Source of the DNA: Candidatus Bathyarchaeia archaeon
GTDB taxonomy: Archaea; Thermoproteota; Bathyarchaeia; Bathyarchaeales; Bathycorpusculaceae
Direction: 5' to 3'
DNA length: 64,000 bases
Assembly: GCA_050010755.1 (NCBI GenBank)
Contig: JBEKKK010000001.1
Span: 576,001-640,000, forward strand
Positions 49,255-59,116 of this stretch are shown one piece after another. The position numbers and the translations under genes were made by a program. Under the pieces are notes generated by a model. It did no database searches, was not told where the DNA came from, and worked only from the letters and a program-made list of their open reading frames with translations. How positions within the stretch are numbered: the stretch's first letter is position 1; each line of letters begins with the position of its first letter.

Positions 49255-50157
49255 ATGGAAGGAGCAATGGATCCGAGCATCATTGTCCAACTGATAGTCA
49301 ACGGATTACTGATTGGAGGCATATACTCCCTTGTTAGCATGGGGTTGACTCTAATATGGGGAGTAATGAATGTCGTAAACTTTGCCCAGGGCGAGCTTCT
49401 GATGATCGGGATGTATATTGCATGGTTGCTAAACTATTTTTTTGGTTTCAGTCCCTACCTTTCTGTAATTGTTTGCTTCATCGGTCTCTTCTTGATAGGA
49501 CTAATAATCGAGAAGTTCCTTGTGAGTCGTGTCATAGAGCTCTCTATGGCAGCTAGAATATATGTCACGTTTGGGCTATCCTTGTTTTTATCGAATTTAA
49601 TGCTTATGCTTATGGGGGCTCAGGTAAGGGCCATACCATCGGAGACATCAACTCTGATTGTTGGATCGATTTTCATCGATGTTCCTCATTTGATATCTTT
49701 CGTTTTTTCAATCTTCACTGCTTTCGGAATGTACTTGTTTCTTATGAAAAGTAGGACTGGGAAGGCGTTGCGAGCGGTCAGCCAAAATAGAGTTGTGGCA
49801 AGTTCAATGGGCATAAATGTCCACAACATGTATCTGATCGCGTTTGGAATTGGCGCAGCTCTGACGGGGATAGCAGGTTCACTGATAATGGGATACTACA
49901 GCGTAACACCTACAGTCGGCACGGCATTCATGTTATCTGCATTCGCAGCAATTGTTCTAGGAAGCATGGGGAATTTTGAGGGAGCTTTTTTTGCAGGATT
50001 AATAATAGGCGTAGCAGAAACAGTTGGCGGGTACTTCATAGGGCCAGATCTAAAGCAGGCAGCATCCTTCGTGATTTTGGTCGTGATTCTCATGATACGT
50101 CCTACTGGTCTGTTTGGAAAGGAGCTTGGGAAGGAAAGAGTAAAACAAGAGGGTTAA
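49255..50157 (+). CDS. livH: Branched-chain amino acid ABC permease
   Basis: GLTLIWGVMNVVNFAQG, GKALRAVSQN. Confidence 0.93.
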   Translation: MEGAMDPSIIVQLIVNGLLIGGIYSLVSMGLTLIWGVMNVVNFAQGELLMIGMYIAWLLNYFFGFSPYLSVIVCFIGLFLIGLIIEKFLVSRVIELSMAARIYVTFGLSLFLSNLMLMLMGAQVRAIPSETSTLIVGSIFIDVPHLISFVFSIFTAFGMYLFLMKSRTGKALRAVSQNRVVASSMGINVHNMYLIAFGIGAALTGIAGSLIMGYYSVTPTVGTAFMLSAFAAIVLGSMGNFEGAFFAGLIIGVAETVGGYFIGPDLKQAASFVILVVILMIRPTGLFGKELGKERVKQEG

Positions 50158-50161
50158 TAAA

Positions 50162-51202
50162 ATGGGAGAAATGGACGAAGCTGGGTCAGGAAGCCGTGTG
50201 AAACTGCTGCGTTCTCAAAGGATATACCTCCCTTTGCTTTGTTTGATAGGCCTATTGGTAGCGCCTGTTCTTGCCGCGGGCAATCCATTTCTAATGCACG
50301 TACTGATAATGTCACTTTTCTATGCTTTCCTCGGCACTGCTTGGAACATCGTCGGAGGCTACGTGGGTCTAGTTTCATTGGGGCACGCAGCATATTTTGG
50401 CCTTGGCGCATATATTTCCACTCTGGCTTTTCTGAATTTCGGTGTCACGCCCTGGCTAGGCATTTTGCTGGCTGCAGTAGGTGCCACATTTTTCGGCTTT
50501 GCGATCGGGGTTCCTTCTATTCGATTTTGGGGAGGAGGCGCTTTTTTTTGCGTGGTTTCAATAGCTTTTGCTGAAACCTTAAGACTCGTGTTTCTAGGTT
50601 TAAAGATCGGAGGAGGATCGGCAGGGACATTGTTGCCAATCGTTCCTTCTTTTGTCAATTTTGAATTTGAATCAAAGCTGCCATATTATTTCATTATTTT
50701 GGGTTTTCTTGTTGTTGAACTTCTTGTATTGCAGAGAATTTCGGTTTCCAAAATGGGCCATTACTTAGTTGCCATCCGAGAAGACGAGGTCAAGGCTGAA
50801 GCAGTCGGAATTGACACACGAAAGTATAAACTTCTGGCGATTGGGCTAAGCGCATTTTTCACTGCAATCGGGGGAGTCTTCTACGCGCAATATGTCCTTT
50901 ATTTTGACCCCTACACGGTATTCGGGCTGAACCTCTCTATTTTCATCGTGTTGGTTGCAACCGTAGGAGGCAGGGGAACTATTTTGGGGCCTGTTCTTGG
51001 ATCTTTCATAATAACGCCAATTTCATTGTACAGCAACGTAATTTTGGGTGGATCCACTTTTCAAGGTCTCTCTCAAGTTGTGTATGGAGTTCTGCTCATC
51101 CTTATCGTTTTGACGGTTCCTGCTGGCCTGATGGCCTTGGTCACAAAAGCGTTAGGCTCAGTTACTCCTTCAGAAAAGGATTTCCACAAAGGTGAAAACT
51201 AG
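50162..51202 (+). CDS. livM: Branched-chain amino acid ABC permease
   Basis: SLGHAAYFGLGAY, AIREDE, GGRGT..GP. Confidence 0.93.
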   Translation: MGEMDEAGSGSRVKLLRSQRIYLPLLCLIGLLVAPVLAAGNPFLMHVLIMSLFYAFLGTAWNIVGGYVGLVSLGHAAYFGLGAYISTLAFLNFGVTPWLGILLAAVGATFFGFAIGVPSIRFWGGGAFFCVVSIAFAETLRLVFLGLKIGGGSAGTLLPIVPSFVNFEFESKLPYYFIILGFLVVELLVLQRISVSKMGHYLVAIREDEVKAEAVGIDTRKYKLLAIGLSAFFTAIGGVFYAQYVLYFDPYTVFGLNLSIFIVLVATVGGRGTILGPVLGSFIITPISLYSNVILGGSTFQGLSQVVYGVLLILIVLTVPAGLMALVTKALGSVTPSEKDFHKGEN

Positions 51203-51204
51203 GT

Positions 51205-51930
51205 TTGGCCTTGGTTCGGGTGCAAGATCTGACAAAGAATTTCGGAGGGATTTGCGCAGTAGATCATTGTTCTTTTGAGATAAAAGAAAAGATGATTTAC
51301 GGGCTAATCGGACCCAACGGTTCGGGAAAAACGACTGTTTTCAACCTTATTACAGGGCTTTATAAAGAAGACGGAGGCGACATCTTTTTCAAAGGAGAAC
51401 GGATTAACAGATTAAAGACTCATCAACGGGTCCGAATGGGATTGGGCCGAACTTTTCAGCTCGTGAGAATATTTCAAGGCTTGAAAGTCATCAACAACCT
51501 TTTAGTTCCACCCCCAAGAAAGGGAGAAAAGGAAACAGAAACCCGCAAAAGGGCGTTGAATTTGCTGAAATTCGTCAATCTCATGAGACTGAAAGACGAA
51601 TATGCTCGAAATTTGTCTTTTGGACAACAGAGGTTATTGGAGCTTGCAATTGTACTAATGCAGAATCCTGATCTCGTGTTGATGGATGAACCGACATCGG
51701 GCGTAAATCCGGCAATCATACAGGAAATAATCAATCACATCAAGCAACTACGTGATGGAGGAAAAACATTCATAATAGTGGAACACAACATACCTGCAAT
51801 AATGGAAATATGCGACCGAATAATTGTTCTAGATCACGGAACAAAGATTGCGGAAGGCACCGGCAACGAAATCGCGGCAGATAAAAAAGTAATAGAGGCC
51901 TATCTTGGAGGAGGGGCACCAATCAAATGA
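51205..51930 (+). CDS. livG: Branched-chain ABC ATPase
   Basis: GPNGSGKT, RTFQ, LSFGQ, DEP, EAYLG. Confidence 0.94.
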   Translation: MALVRVQDLTKNFGGICAVDHCSFEIKEKMIYGLIGPNGSGKTTVFNLITGLYKEDGGDIFFKGERINRLKTHQRVRMGLGRTFQLVRIFQGLKVINNLLVPPPRKGEKETETRKRALNLLKFVNLMRLKDEYARNLSFGQQRLLELAIVLMQNPDLVLMDEPTSGVNPAIIQEIINHIKQLRDGGKTFIIVEHNIPAIMEICDRIIVLDHGTKIAEGTGNEIAADKKVIEAYLGGGAPIK

Positions 51931-52637
51931 GCATCGAAGTAAGAGGTCTAAAGTCCGGATACGGCGCCGTGAGAATCTTGCATGGAGTATCCATGCTTGC
52001 TGAGAGGTCCAAAATCACATGCATAATCGGACATAATGGTGCAGGAAAATCCACACTGCTGAAAACAATATTCGGAATAGTCAAGAAAGATGAGGGAAAC
52101 ATCAACTTCGACGGAGAAGACCTTTCTAGACTGAGGCCAGATCAGGTATTGAGGAAGGGCATTTCATATGTCCCCCAAGGCACAACCACCTTCCCCTTTA
52201 TGACAGTTTTAGAGAATTTGGAAATGGGGGCTTACATCGAACGGAATCATGATAAAATAAAGAAGAATATAGAAGAAGTTTTTGATATCTTTCCTATTCT
52301 TCGAGAAAGAAAAGGCGAGGCTGCAGGAGCGATGAGCGGTGGAGAACAGAGAATGCTTGAATTCGGCAGGGCCTTAATGCTACGACCCAAAGCTCTCCTA
52401 TTGGACGAACCGTCAATGGGACTATCGCCAAAACTCGTATCGGAAGTAGTTGAAAAAATAGGAGAACTGAACAAAACTGGGATGACCATACTTATGGTTG
52501 AACAAAACGTCCGCATGGGTTTAAGCATTGCGGATTACGGCTATGTGCTGGTGCTTGGAAAGAATGCACATGAGGGTCCTGCGAAAGATTTGCTCGATTC
52601 ATATGGCGACTTGTTGAAAACGTATCTCAGTGGCTAA
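51927..52637 (+). CDS. livF: Branched-chain ABC ATPase
   Basis: GHNGAGKS, MSGGEQ, DEPSMGL, VEQN. Confidence 0.94.
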   Translation: MSIEVRGLKSGYGAVRILHGVSMLAERSKITCIIGHNGAGKSTLLKTIFGIVKKDEGNINFDGEDLSRLRPDQVLRKGISYVPQGTTTFPFMTVLENLEMGAYIERNHDKIKKNIEEVFDIFPILRERKGEAAGAMSGGEQRMLEFGRALMLRPKALLLDEPSMGLSPKLVSEVVEKIGELNKTGMTILMVEQNVRMGLSIADYGYVLVLGKNAHEGPAKDLLDSYGDLLKTYLSG

Positions 52638-52830
52638 GGCCCTCGCAAAGCGCACCCGCAACCCAGCAGCTGCAGGACAAAAACGTGGAGAAGAATGAAT
52701 CAAAGGAAACTGCATGCTCAAATAGCGCGCGCTCGTGACGTACTGGTATTTGCGTAGGCAATTTAAGAAAGGCTCCTTATCGTGCTAGAGAGATTTATAA
52801 GATTGGCTTGATTTCTCCATATCGATCAGG

Positions 52831-53187
52831 ATGAAGAGTTACATTAAGATTTATGGTCCGCCTATATTGAAGGCTTTAGATGAATTAGAAAAAATTGCAG
52901 GCGAAATGCCTGAAATTGCTTTCTACTATCACTATATTCTAGGATTCATACCTGTAGGAAAAAGTTCTAGCGCGCCATCTATCGATGAAGAACAACTAGG
53001 TTTAGGAGAAAAGTACGAGGAGAAATCTAAACGTTCTGTGAGCAAATCGGGTTATAGTTTAGGAGACCATGATTTCTTCTTTGAATGGGCAAAAGAACCG
53101 GATGGAGAACAATTGCGCAATTTGATCGAAAAGGTTGAAAATGCATTGACGCCACTCGGATGTAGATATACTATAACTACAAAGTAA
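52831..53187 (+). CDS. Hypothetical protein
   Basis: Clean 118-aa ATG ORF with upstream TATA-like 'tttataa'; no family recognised. Confidence 0.65.
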   Translation: MKSYIKIYGPPILKALDELEKIAGEMPEIAFYYHYILGFIPVGKSSSAPSIDEEQLGLGEKYEEKSKRSVSKSGYSLGDHDFFFEWAKEPDGEQLRNLIEKVENALTPLGCRYTITTK

Positions 53188-53607
53188 ATTTGTGGAATAC
53201 TAGCGCGCGCTTCTTGATCTACAATACTCAATTCCTAATCTTCTCCAGTTGGAAGTGCGCGATAAACCGACCTTCCACGCGATTCCTTTTTTCTCTATAG
53301 AGAAACGTACAGCGCGCGCTGAAGCCGAATCCCAAACACGAGTCTGCCCTGGATTTCTACAGTTCCCAGTCCTCCTCGGCGAATTTTATTCAACTAGTTC
53401 CGCATTCAATCTTCGCAACTAGTCATGTTCTGCCATCACAGCAGATGTCTTAGGTTCTGAAAGCGCCAAAAACAACATGTCTCTTACGAGTTTCGCAACT
53501 AAGCCAACGGTTCGAACTTCATTTAAGGAAATCTAAGCAATAAAGTTTTTACCTCACTTAATTGATTGAACTCGAATAAATGGAATGAAAGCGGAAATGC
53601 TTGGAAG

Positions 53608-54870
53608 ATGAAAATAAAAGCGATTGTTGGTTTGGCCTTGGTTGCGTTGTTCTTGGTTTGGGTGCTTTACATGAGTGTTCCATCCGCAGTAGTCGATTCT
53701 CATGGAAGCTCGGAATATTCTGCAGAACAGTCTTCAGCTGACTCGTGGCCGATGTTTCACTACGACCTAACTCATACTGGCACCTCAACCTCAACGGCGC
53801 CGAACACAAACCAAACTCTGTGGAGTTATACGACTGGTGGGCCTGTGTATTCCTCTCCTGTCGTTGCTGGTGGCGTGGTGTTTGTGGGTTCACTCGACGA
53901 TGTTGTTTATGCTTTCAACGCTTCGAGCGGAGCGTACGTGTGGGGTTATAGGACTGGTGGGCCGGTGTATTCGTCTCCTGCCGTTGCCGGTGGCGTGGTG
54001 TTTGTAGGCTCAGATGATGATGTCGTTTATGCTTTGAACTCTTCCAGCGGCGCGTATTTGTGGGGTTATAGGACTGGTGGGCCGGTGTTTTCCTCTCCTG
54101 CCGTTGCCGGTGGCGTGGTGTTTGTGGGTTCGGCTGACAAAGCTGTTTATGCTTTGGACGTTGTCAGCGGCGCGTATTTGTGGGGTTACACGACTGGCAA
54201 CGATGTGTGGTCTTCTCCTGCCGTTGCTGGTGGCGTGGTGTTTGTGGGTTCGATTGACGGGAATGTTTATGCTTTGAACGCTTCAACAGGCGCTTACATT
54301 TGGAACTATACAACAGGCTGGAGCTACTCAACTGGCTGGAACTACACGAGTGGCGGGCCGGTATATTCCTCTCCTGCTATCGCTGGCGGCGTTGTCTTCG
54401 TAAGCTCAGACGATGGTAATGTTTATGCTTTGAACGCTTCAACAGCCACTCTCATATGGAGATACAGCACGACCGGCAGTCTGGTGGATTCATCTCCTGC
54501 TGTCGCTGGTGGCGTGGTGTTTGTAGGCTCAGATGACAAAGTTGTTTATGCTTTGGACGTTTCCAGCGGCGCGTATTTGTGGGGTTACACGACTGGCAAC
54601 GATGTGTGGTCTTCTCCTGCCGTTGCTGGTGGTATTGTATATGCTGGATCACTTGACGGCAAGGTTTACGCTTTCGGAGTTTTTACTGCTGAAGGTGGGC
54701 TGCCACGAAGCGCGACATACACTATAATTGCTTTTGCAGGCATTGCAGCAGTTGTAGTCGTTGCAGTCGTGTACTCAAGTATTCACAGGAGGAAAGCGCC
54801 CAAGCCACGAGTCAGGGGAGGCATGCAGCTTCTTGACAGATGTAAGTTGGCTTTGGTATCCGAGATATAG
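53608..54870 (+). CDS. PQQ-like (BamB-type) beta-propeller surface protein
   Basis: Signal/TM, WPMFHYD, seven ~40-aa SSPAVAGGVVFVGS.D..VYA repeats, C-terminal TM. Confidence 0.9.
   Translation: MKIKAIVGLALVALFLVWVLYMSVPSAVVDSHGSSEYSAEQSSADSWPMFHYDLTHTGTSTSTAPNTNQTLWSYTTGGPVYSSPVVAGGVVFVGSLDDVVYAFNASSGAYVWGYRTGGPVYSSPAVAGGVVFVGSDDDVVYALNSSSGAYLWGYRTGGPVFSSPAVAGGVVFVGSADKAVYALDVVSGAYLWGYTTGNDVWSSPAVAGGVVFVGSIDGNVYALNASTGAYIWNYTTGWSYSTGWNYTSGGPVYSSPAIAGGVVFVSSDDGNVYALNASTATLIWRYSTTGSLVDSSPAVAGGVVFVGSDDKVVYALDVSSGAYLWGYTTGNDVWSSPAVAGGIVYAGSLDGKVYAFGVFTAEGGLPRSATYTIIAFAGIAAVVVVAVVYSSIHRRKAPKPRVRGGMQLLDRCKLALVSEI
53820..54675 (+). repeat. Intragenic ~120-bp tandem repeats (7 units, approximate ends)
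   Basis: Recurrent 'tctcctgccgttgc(c/t)ggtggcgtggtgtttgt'; a ~68-bp block is identical at ~54165 and ~54564. Confidence 0.9.
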
Positions 54871-55347
54871 AATGGATAAAGGAAACTGGCTGCCCAAGAT
54901 GGTTAAATACAATAAGAAAGCGTTATTTTGGTTATTAAAGCCTGCGATGATCTTTGCTATGAACGCTTTTTAGCCGGGATTGACCACGGTGACGGAAAAG
55001 CTTCGTGGCTGGGTTGTTTTGGGTCTAACATCCTAAACAAAGGCTCGAGCGGCTAATGACTGGAGGTTTTGTTTTTCGCTCGCGTGAAAAATTGTAAATA
55101 AATGGAAAGCCTAGCCCACGAGTGTATTACGACTTGAAGATTGCATGCGACATAATGGAATGCCCATTGCGTTAGCGGGCGCTTTGACTCAAAGAGCAAT
55201 CGGCGACTTCCGAGAATGCGACTGAGCGCTTACTCCTTGATGTTTCTGCGCAACTCTCGTTTAAACTGGTTGAGAAATATTTAAAAGGAAATTGATATTC
55301 TAGCATAGACAACATATCCATGGCGAGAGCTGGGAGCGTGTACAGCA

Positions 55348-56475
55348 ATGGTAGGGAAGAAAATCAAAGTCGGTTGCGTGTTGCCCTTGAGTGGTTCCAT
55401 GTCCGAAATCGCCGAAAGGTGCAGAAGAGGGCACGAAATTGCTGTTCAGATAGTAAATGAGAGCGGTGGAATAAAGTCTCTAGGCAATGCAAGTGTATCT
55501 TACGAGTATGTGGACTCTGGTGACAAGCCTGAAGGAGCGGTTCTTGAATGCGAGCGACTAATAAGAAAAGAAAAAATCCCGATCATCACTGGTTGCTACG
55601 CAAGCTCCCTCACGATACCAGCAGCGAAACTAGCTAATGAATACAAAATACCCTTTGTCATAAGTGATGCAACAGCAGATGAACTGACTCAAAGCGGATT
55701 TCATTATGTTTTTAGGGCCAGCGCAACCAATACGATTTACTGCAAAACGGCGTTAGACTTCGCTATTAAAGAGCTCAAGGCGAAAACACTGGGTGTAGTT
55801 TACATTGACCTTCTAATGGGTAGAATGCTTGTGACCGACATTGAAAAGCGTGCAAAGCAGCTAGGATTGAAGGTTGTCCTGAAAGCACCTTATGGCCCGG
55901 ATGCAAGAGACTTCAAAACCATAATACAGCAAATGAAAGATGCAGATCCTGATATTATCGTTGCTGCATCGTACGTCGGTGACGCGGTGTTGATTGCACA
56001 TCAGATACATGAAGAGAGCTATAGTTTTCGCTCGTTTGTTGGTATGGGGGCAGGGCATGCGATTCCTGAATTTCTCAAGAGTGCCCAAGATGATAGCGAG
56101 TATTTTTCTAGCGTTGCCTTTTGGTGCCATGATATGATCACACCGGGATCAAAGGAATTGACCCAAAGATACTTCCGAAAATACGGCGAGTATCCAATTG
56201 AGCATCCTGGCTCCTGTTTTCAGGCTTCCCAAGTGTTATTGAATGCTATCGAAAGGGCGGGTTCCACAAACCCAGAAGAAATACGTGAAGCCCTTTCAAA
56301 AACCGACATGATGACTATTGCTGGTAAAGTGAAGATTGATCCGGCAACTGGGCAAAACTCGATGGCTGGATGCGGAATAGTTCAGGTTCAGAAAGGCCAA
56401 TTCGCAACGGTTTGGCCTGAAGGGATTGCGTCAAAGAAACCAATTTTTCCCAGACCTAAATGGGAGGGAACATGA
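55348..56475 (+). CDS. Liv-type ligand-binding protein without signal peptide
   Basis: IKVGCVLPLSG, GCYASS, ADELT, YVFR; no hydrophobic N-terminus. Confidence 0.85.
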   Translation: MVGKKIKVGCVLPLSGSMSEIAERCRRGHEIAVQIVNESGGIKSLGNASVSYEYVDSGDKPEGAVLECERLIRKEKIPIITGCYASSLTIPAAKLANEYKIPFVISDATADELTQSGFHYVFRASATNTIYCKTALDFAIKELKAKTLGVVYIDLLMGRMLVTDIEKRAKQLGLKVVLKAPYGPDARDFKTIIQQMKDADPDIIVAASYVGDAVLIAHQIHEESYSFRSFVGMGAGHAIPEFLKSAQDDSEYFSSVAFWCHDMITPGSKELTQRYFRKYGEYPIEHPGSCFQASQVLLNAIERAGSTNPEEIREALSKTDMMTIAGKVKIDPATGQNSMAGCGIVQVQKGQFATVWPEGIASKKPIFPRPKWEGT

Positions 56476-57501
56476 ATGAAAGCAGCGCGTTTTTATGAAC
56501 CGAACAAACCTCTAAGGATAGAAGAAGTTCCTTTGCCCAAGATTAGAGAGAGATGGGTTTTAGTTGAAGTCAAAGCATGTGGTATATGCCACTCGGATCT
56601 CCACATAACTAAAGGAACGATAAAAGTCCCGAAAACTCCCTTGATTCTCGGACATGAGATTTCAGGGCGAATCGCAGATATCGGAAGTGAAATCGAAGAA
56701 TTCAGAAAAGGTGACAGGGTATTAGTTTCGGGAATGATCCCTTGCGGAGAATGTTATTACTGTGCTTCAGGAAAAGACAATATCTGCCAACGCAAGGTTG
56801 AATTAGGCATACAAATCGACGGTGGATATGCACAATATGTGGCAGTGCCCTCAAAGAATCTGTACAGGATGCCCGACTCGATGTCCTATGAGGAAGCAGC
56901 GATACTAACGGATGCAGTGGCCACTCCGTTTCATGCAGTGAAGCTCGGACGAGTAACATTTGGCAGTACAGTGGCCGTCTTTGGAGTAGGGGGTTTGGGA
57001 ATGAATGCTGTTCAACTCTCTACGCTAGCTGGCGCGCGAGTTATAGCCGTTGACATTCTTGATCAGAAACTGGCGTTAGCCAAAGAATTCGGAGCGGAAG
57101 AAACAATTAATTCCAAAATTGAGGATCCCATTCATCGAATATTGCAGATAACAAATGGAAATGGCGTAGATGTCGCATTTGAATTTGTTGGACTTCCAAC
57201 AACCCTTGAGCAAGCAATTGCAAGCGTAAGAAGAGGCGGAAAAGTCGTTTTGGCCGGTGTCGGAACACAGAAAGCAAATCTCTCAATGAGAGACATGACT
57301 GCCAAGGAGATTGAAATAATTGGAGTACAAGGATTTGTCGCACATACAGAATATCCAGCGCTGATAGACATGGTCGTTCATGGACGATTGGACGTTAAAA
57401 AGATGATATCACAAACAGTTCCTTTGGAAGAAGTTAACCGGGGACTCGATATCTTAGAGAAGCAGATCGGGAATCCTATTCGGGTTGTGCTAAAGCCCTA
57501 G
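56476..57501 (+). CDS. Zinc-dependent alcohol dehydrogenase (MDR)
   Basis: GICHSD, GHE, CGECYYC..C, GVGGLG. Confidence 0.93.
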   Translation: MKAARFYEPNKPLRIEEVPLPKIRERWVLVEVKACGICHSDLHITKGTIKVPKTPLILGHEISGRIADIGSEIEEFRKGDRVLVSGMIPCGECYYCASGKDNICQRKVELGIQIDGGYAQYVAVPSKNLYRMPDSMSYEEAAILTDAVATPFHAVKLGRVTFGSTVAVFGVGGLGMNAVQLSTLAGARVIAVDILDQKLALAKEFGAEETINSKIEDPIHRILQITNGNGVDVAFEFVGLPTTLEQAIASVRRGGKVVLAGVGTQKANLSMRDMTAKEIEIIGVQGFVAHTEYPALIDMVVHGRLDVKKMISQTVPLEEVNRGLDILEKQIGNPIRVVLKP

Positions 57502-57587
57502 TGAATGACCAGTGAAAAGTCGATTGCTAACAGGCAAACTGGGTTCCCGTTGTAGACATCCTAATCAAGGTATGCTCCATCCTTTTG

Positions 57588-58790
57588 CTAGGAATCGCTG
57601 ACCCGTTCCAGCCTTGAAACCCGCAGAAAAAGCAGAGGAGTCGTTAAAACGAAGGTAAGCCCTGCCAAACAGAGCCCCGCAAGTGAGTATCCGTACCGTA
57701 TCACCAGGGACGAAAAGAGCAACGGGGGAAAAAAATCACCAAACATGGAGAACCCGTTCACCCAGCTAACAGTCAGCGTTTCATATTCCGGATAGATACT
57801 GTTAGTCGCTCTTGCTGCTGAGATCCCGATAGTGAACCCGGCACCAGCTGCTAAGCCAACGAGTAGGGCCGACAAGATTGACAAATATATCGTACCAAAG
57901 AATGCTATGCCGACTCCAAAAGCCATCAGGGCACCTGATGCAAGAAGAAGACGCTTCGCATCACCAGACCTATCAAATAATCTGCCTATGAAAGGCGCCG
58001 TTGCAAGCGCAGCTATTGGGGTTAGCGATGCGATTGCTCCACCTCCTCCAATACCCACGTGAATCACGTTTTCAACATAATACGCCATGAAATTGCCTAC
58101 AACTGTATTACCAACTCCAAGCGCTAGCATCGCCACTGATATTCCGATCATCCATTTGTTGAACAGAATAGCCTTCACGCGAACAAGATTCACACTGAAG
58201 TTCGAGCGCAGACTATCTTTCGGTATTGAAAGAAATAGCAAGGCAGACGTAAATAATCCTAGGGCTCCGCTAACGACCAAACTGTTCCTCCATCCTAGTG
58301 CGCCCGCGAGTAAGGACCAGCCTGATAACCCGATGGCACCTCCAAGATAGAATGCTGATTGGTAGAGACCGACGCCTAATCCCTCCGACCCTTTCTGCAT
58401 GCATCTAGTGATTAGAATGACACACGGAGCGAACACGAGGGCCATGCCCAAGCCGACGAAAAATCGCAGAGCCGCTATCTGAACCAGGTTGCTTGCGAAG
58501 CCAGTCAACAACGCGGCCAAGGATGCAATTGATGTCCCATAAATCGCAGTCAGTCGCGGACCTATCTTAGTTGCGAGAATTGCACTTGGCACCTGAAAAA
58601 TCCCAACACCAACGTAGAACGTTGCAGTGACCAATCCCAGACCAGACACGTTCTGACGCAGTTCGGAAGCGGTGAGAAAAAACACCGCGGCAAGGTTATA
58701 CCAGTTTATTGCATAGACGATTCTTCCGAAGATCAGAGACGCGAGAGCGCCACGGTTGGCCCCCCCTACACGCACATTCATTAGATTCAA
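57588..58790 (-). CDS. MFS transporter
   Basis: 12 TM pattern, LRFFVGLG, GRLFDRSG. Confidence 0.88.
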   Translation of the reverse strand: MNLMNVRVGGANRGALASLIFGRIVYAINWYNLAAVFFLTASELRQNVSGLGLVTATFYVGVGIFQVPSAILATKIGPRLTAIYGTSIASLAALLTGFASNLVQIAALRFFVGLGMALVFAPCVILITRCMQKGSEGLGVGLYQSAFYLGGAIGLSGWSLLAGALGWRNSLVVSGALGLFTSALLFLSIPKDSLRSNFSVNLVRVKAILFNKWMIGISVAMLALGVGNTVVGNFMAYYVENVIHVGIGGGGAIASLTPIAALATAPFIGRLFDRSGDAKRLLLASGALMAFGVGIAFFGTIYLSILSALLVGLAAGAGFTIGISAARATNSIYPEYETLTVSWVNGFSMFGDFFPPLLFSSLVIRYGYSLAGLCLAGLTFVLTTPLLFLRVSRLERVSDS

Positions 58791-59116
58791 ACTCCCTTTG
58801 TGGACTCCGCCTTAGAACGAGGACACCCCGATTCGTCTTCCCTAAACCCAATTTGAGCGGTAGCTAAGTCTTTTAAGTATTTCTTTTGAAGGTTCTCTGA
58901 AGTCTTGCCAAATTGCTTGTTTTTTGTTCTGTGGTAAAACACATCTTTCCTCTTTGCTCAATGACAGAACCGGCGAATTCTCGACACAACCTGGAGAGCA
59001 AGGAGAATGCACTGCATTCAACAAGTGGAGGTCCTTTTCGTATCATTATGACCATAAATAGTGCGTGTACTAGAGATCACTTTGCTTATTGGAAAAATTA
59101 CATCGGCAATGGCTTT

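Noticed and set aside
53820-54675. Regular repeats as a CRISPR array
   Set aside because: In-frame 120-bp coding repeats with no unique spacers and no cas genes
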